A DNA stretch of 64,000 nucleotides, from the NCBI GenBank assembly GCA_963815335.1, contig CAWFGL010000006.1, forward strand, positions 161,610 through 225,609. Reading direction: 5' to 3'. Position numbers and translations under genes: made by a program. Shown here piece by piece: positions 63,730 through 64,000 of this stretch (the stretch's first letter is position 1; each line of letters starts with the position of its first letter). The DNA comes from an uncultured Actinomycetota bacterium (GTDB lineage Bacteria; Actinomycetota; Actinomycetes; Propionibacteriales; Nocardioidaceae). The notes below the pieces were generated by a model that saw only the letters and a list, made by a program, of their open reading frames with translations, did no database searches and had not been told where the DNA came from.

Positions 63730-64000
63730 TCAGCGCAGGGGGCGGACGTGCAGACCGACCTCGGGGTCGACGACGACCTCCTGGGTGGCCGGCATGCTGT
63801 CGACGCTGAGGTCCGCGTCGACGTCGACGTTGCGCTTGAGCAGGGCCAGCGCGATCGGACCGAGCTCGTGGTGCCGGGCGCTGGAGCCGACGACGCCCAC
63901 GACCTTCTCGCCGAGGAGGACGTCGGCGCCGTGCGTCGGCAGCCGGTTCTCGGTGCCGTCGAGGTGGAGCAGGGTGAGGCGGCGCGGCGGGCGGCCGAGG
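63730..64000 (-). CDS. YgfZ-like folate-binding protein, C-terminal fragment
   Basis: Manual translation LGRPPRRLTLLHLDG...HHELGPIALALLKR...; starts beyond the window. Confidence 0.8.
   Translation of the reverse strand, partial: LGRPPRRLTLLHLDGTENRLPTHGADVLLGEKVVGVVGSSARHHELGPIALALLKRNVDVDADLSVDSMPATQEVVVDPEVGLHVRPLR

Overview
A 64-kb, very GC-rich chromosomal segment from an actinobacterium. Gene content and order resemble Nocardioides, which is inference from recognised families, not a database match. It is almost fully coding, and I saw no rRNA, tRNA, CRISPR array or transposase. Left to right: mshA (partial), SDR, Asp/Glu racemase, typA; a cellobiose-type ABC/GH1/LacI operon with two operators; two LLM oxidoreductases; ornithine-decarboxylase-like + MFS; marR-icmF-BtuF-like; an M12B protease; a RibD/DHFR-like + divergent DHPS-like pair; amidase-galE; a TAT-exported DUF1800/DUF1501 pair; a GH6 / response regulator / lipoprotein / processive GT2 cassette; and an NDP-sugar plus sulfate-activation region (two gmd, rmlABCD, ugd, cysD, cysN, tauE and a Sat-like/CysC/LMW-phosphatase fusion). 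That region is interrupted by a DUF222-HNH gene with a LexA box and by the XRE-hbhA-DUF2516 triad. The window ends with a 1.6-kaa M1 peptidase with tandem Ig-like repeats, a Cys-leader-peptide sulfurtransferase operon, glnR and ygfZ (partial). Three genes (amidase, response regulator, DUF4395) carry single-base frameshifts, which may be assembly errors. The best candidates for undescribed systems are the GT2/GH6/lipoprotein/regulator glycan cassette and the sulfation locus built around the CysC-phosphatase fusion and two paralogous uncharacterised exported proteins.
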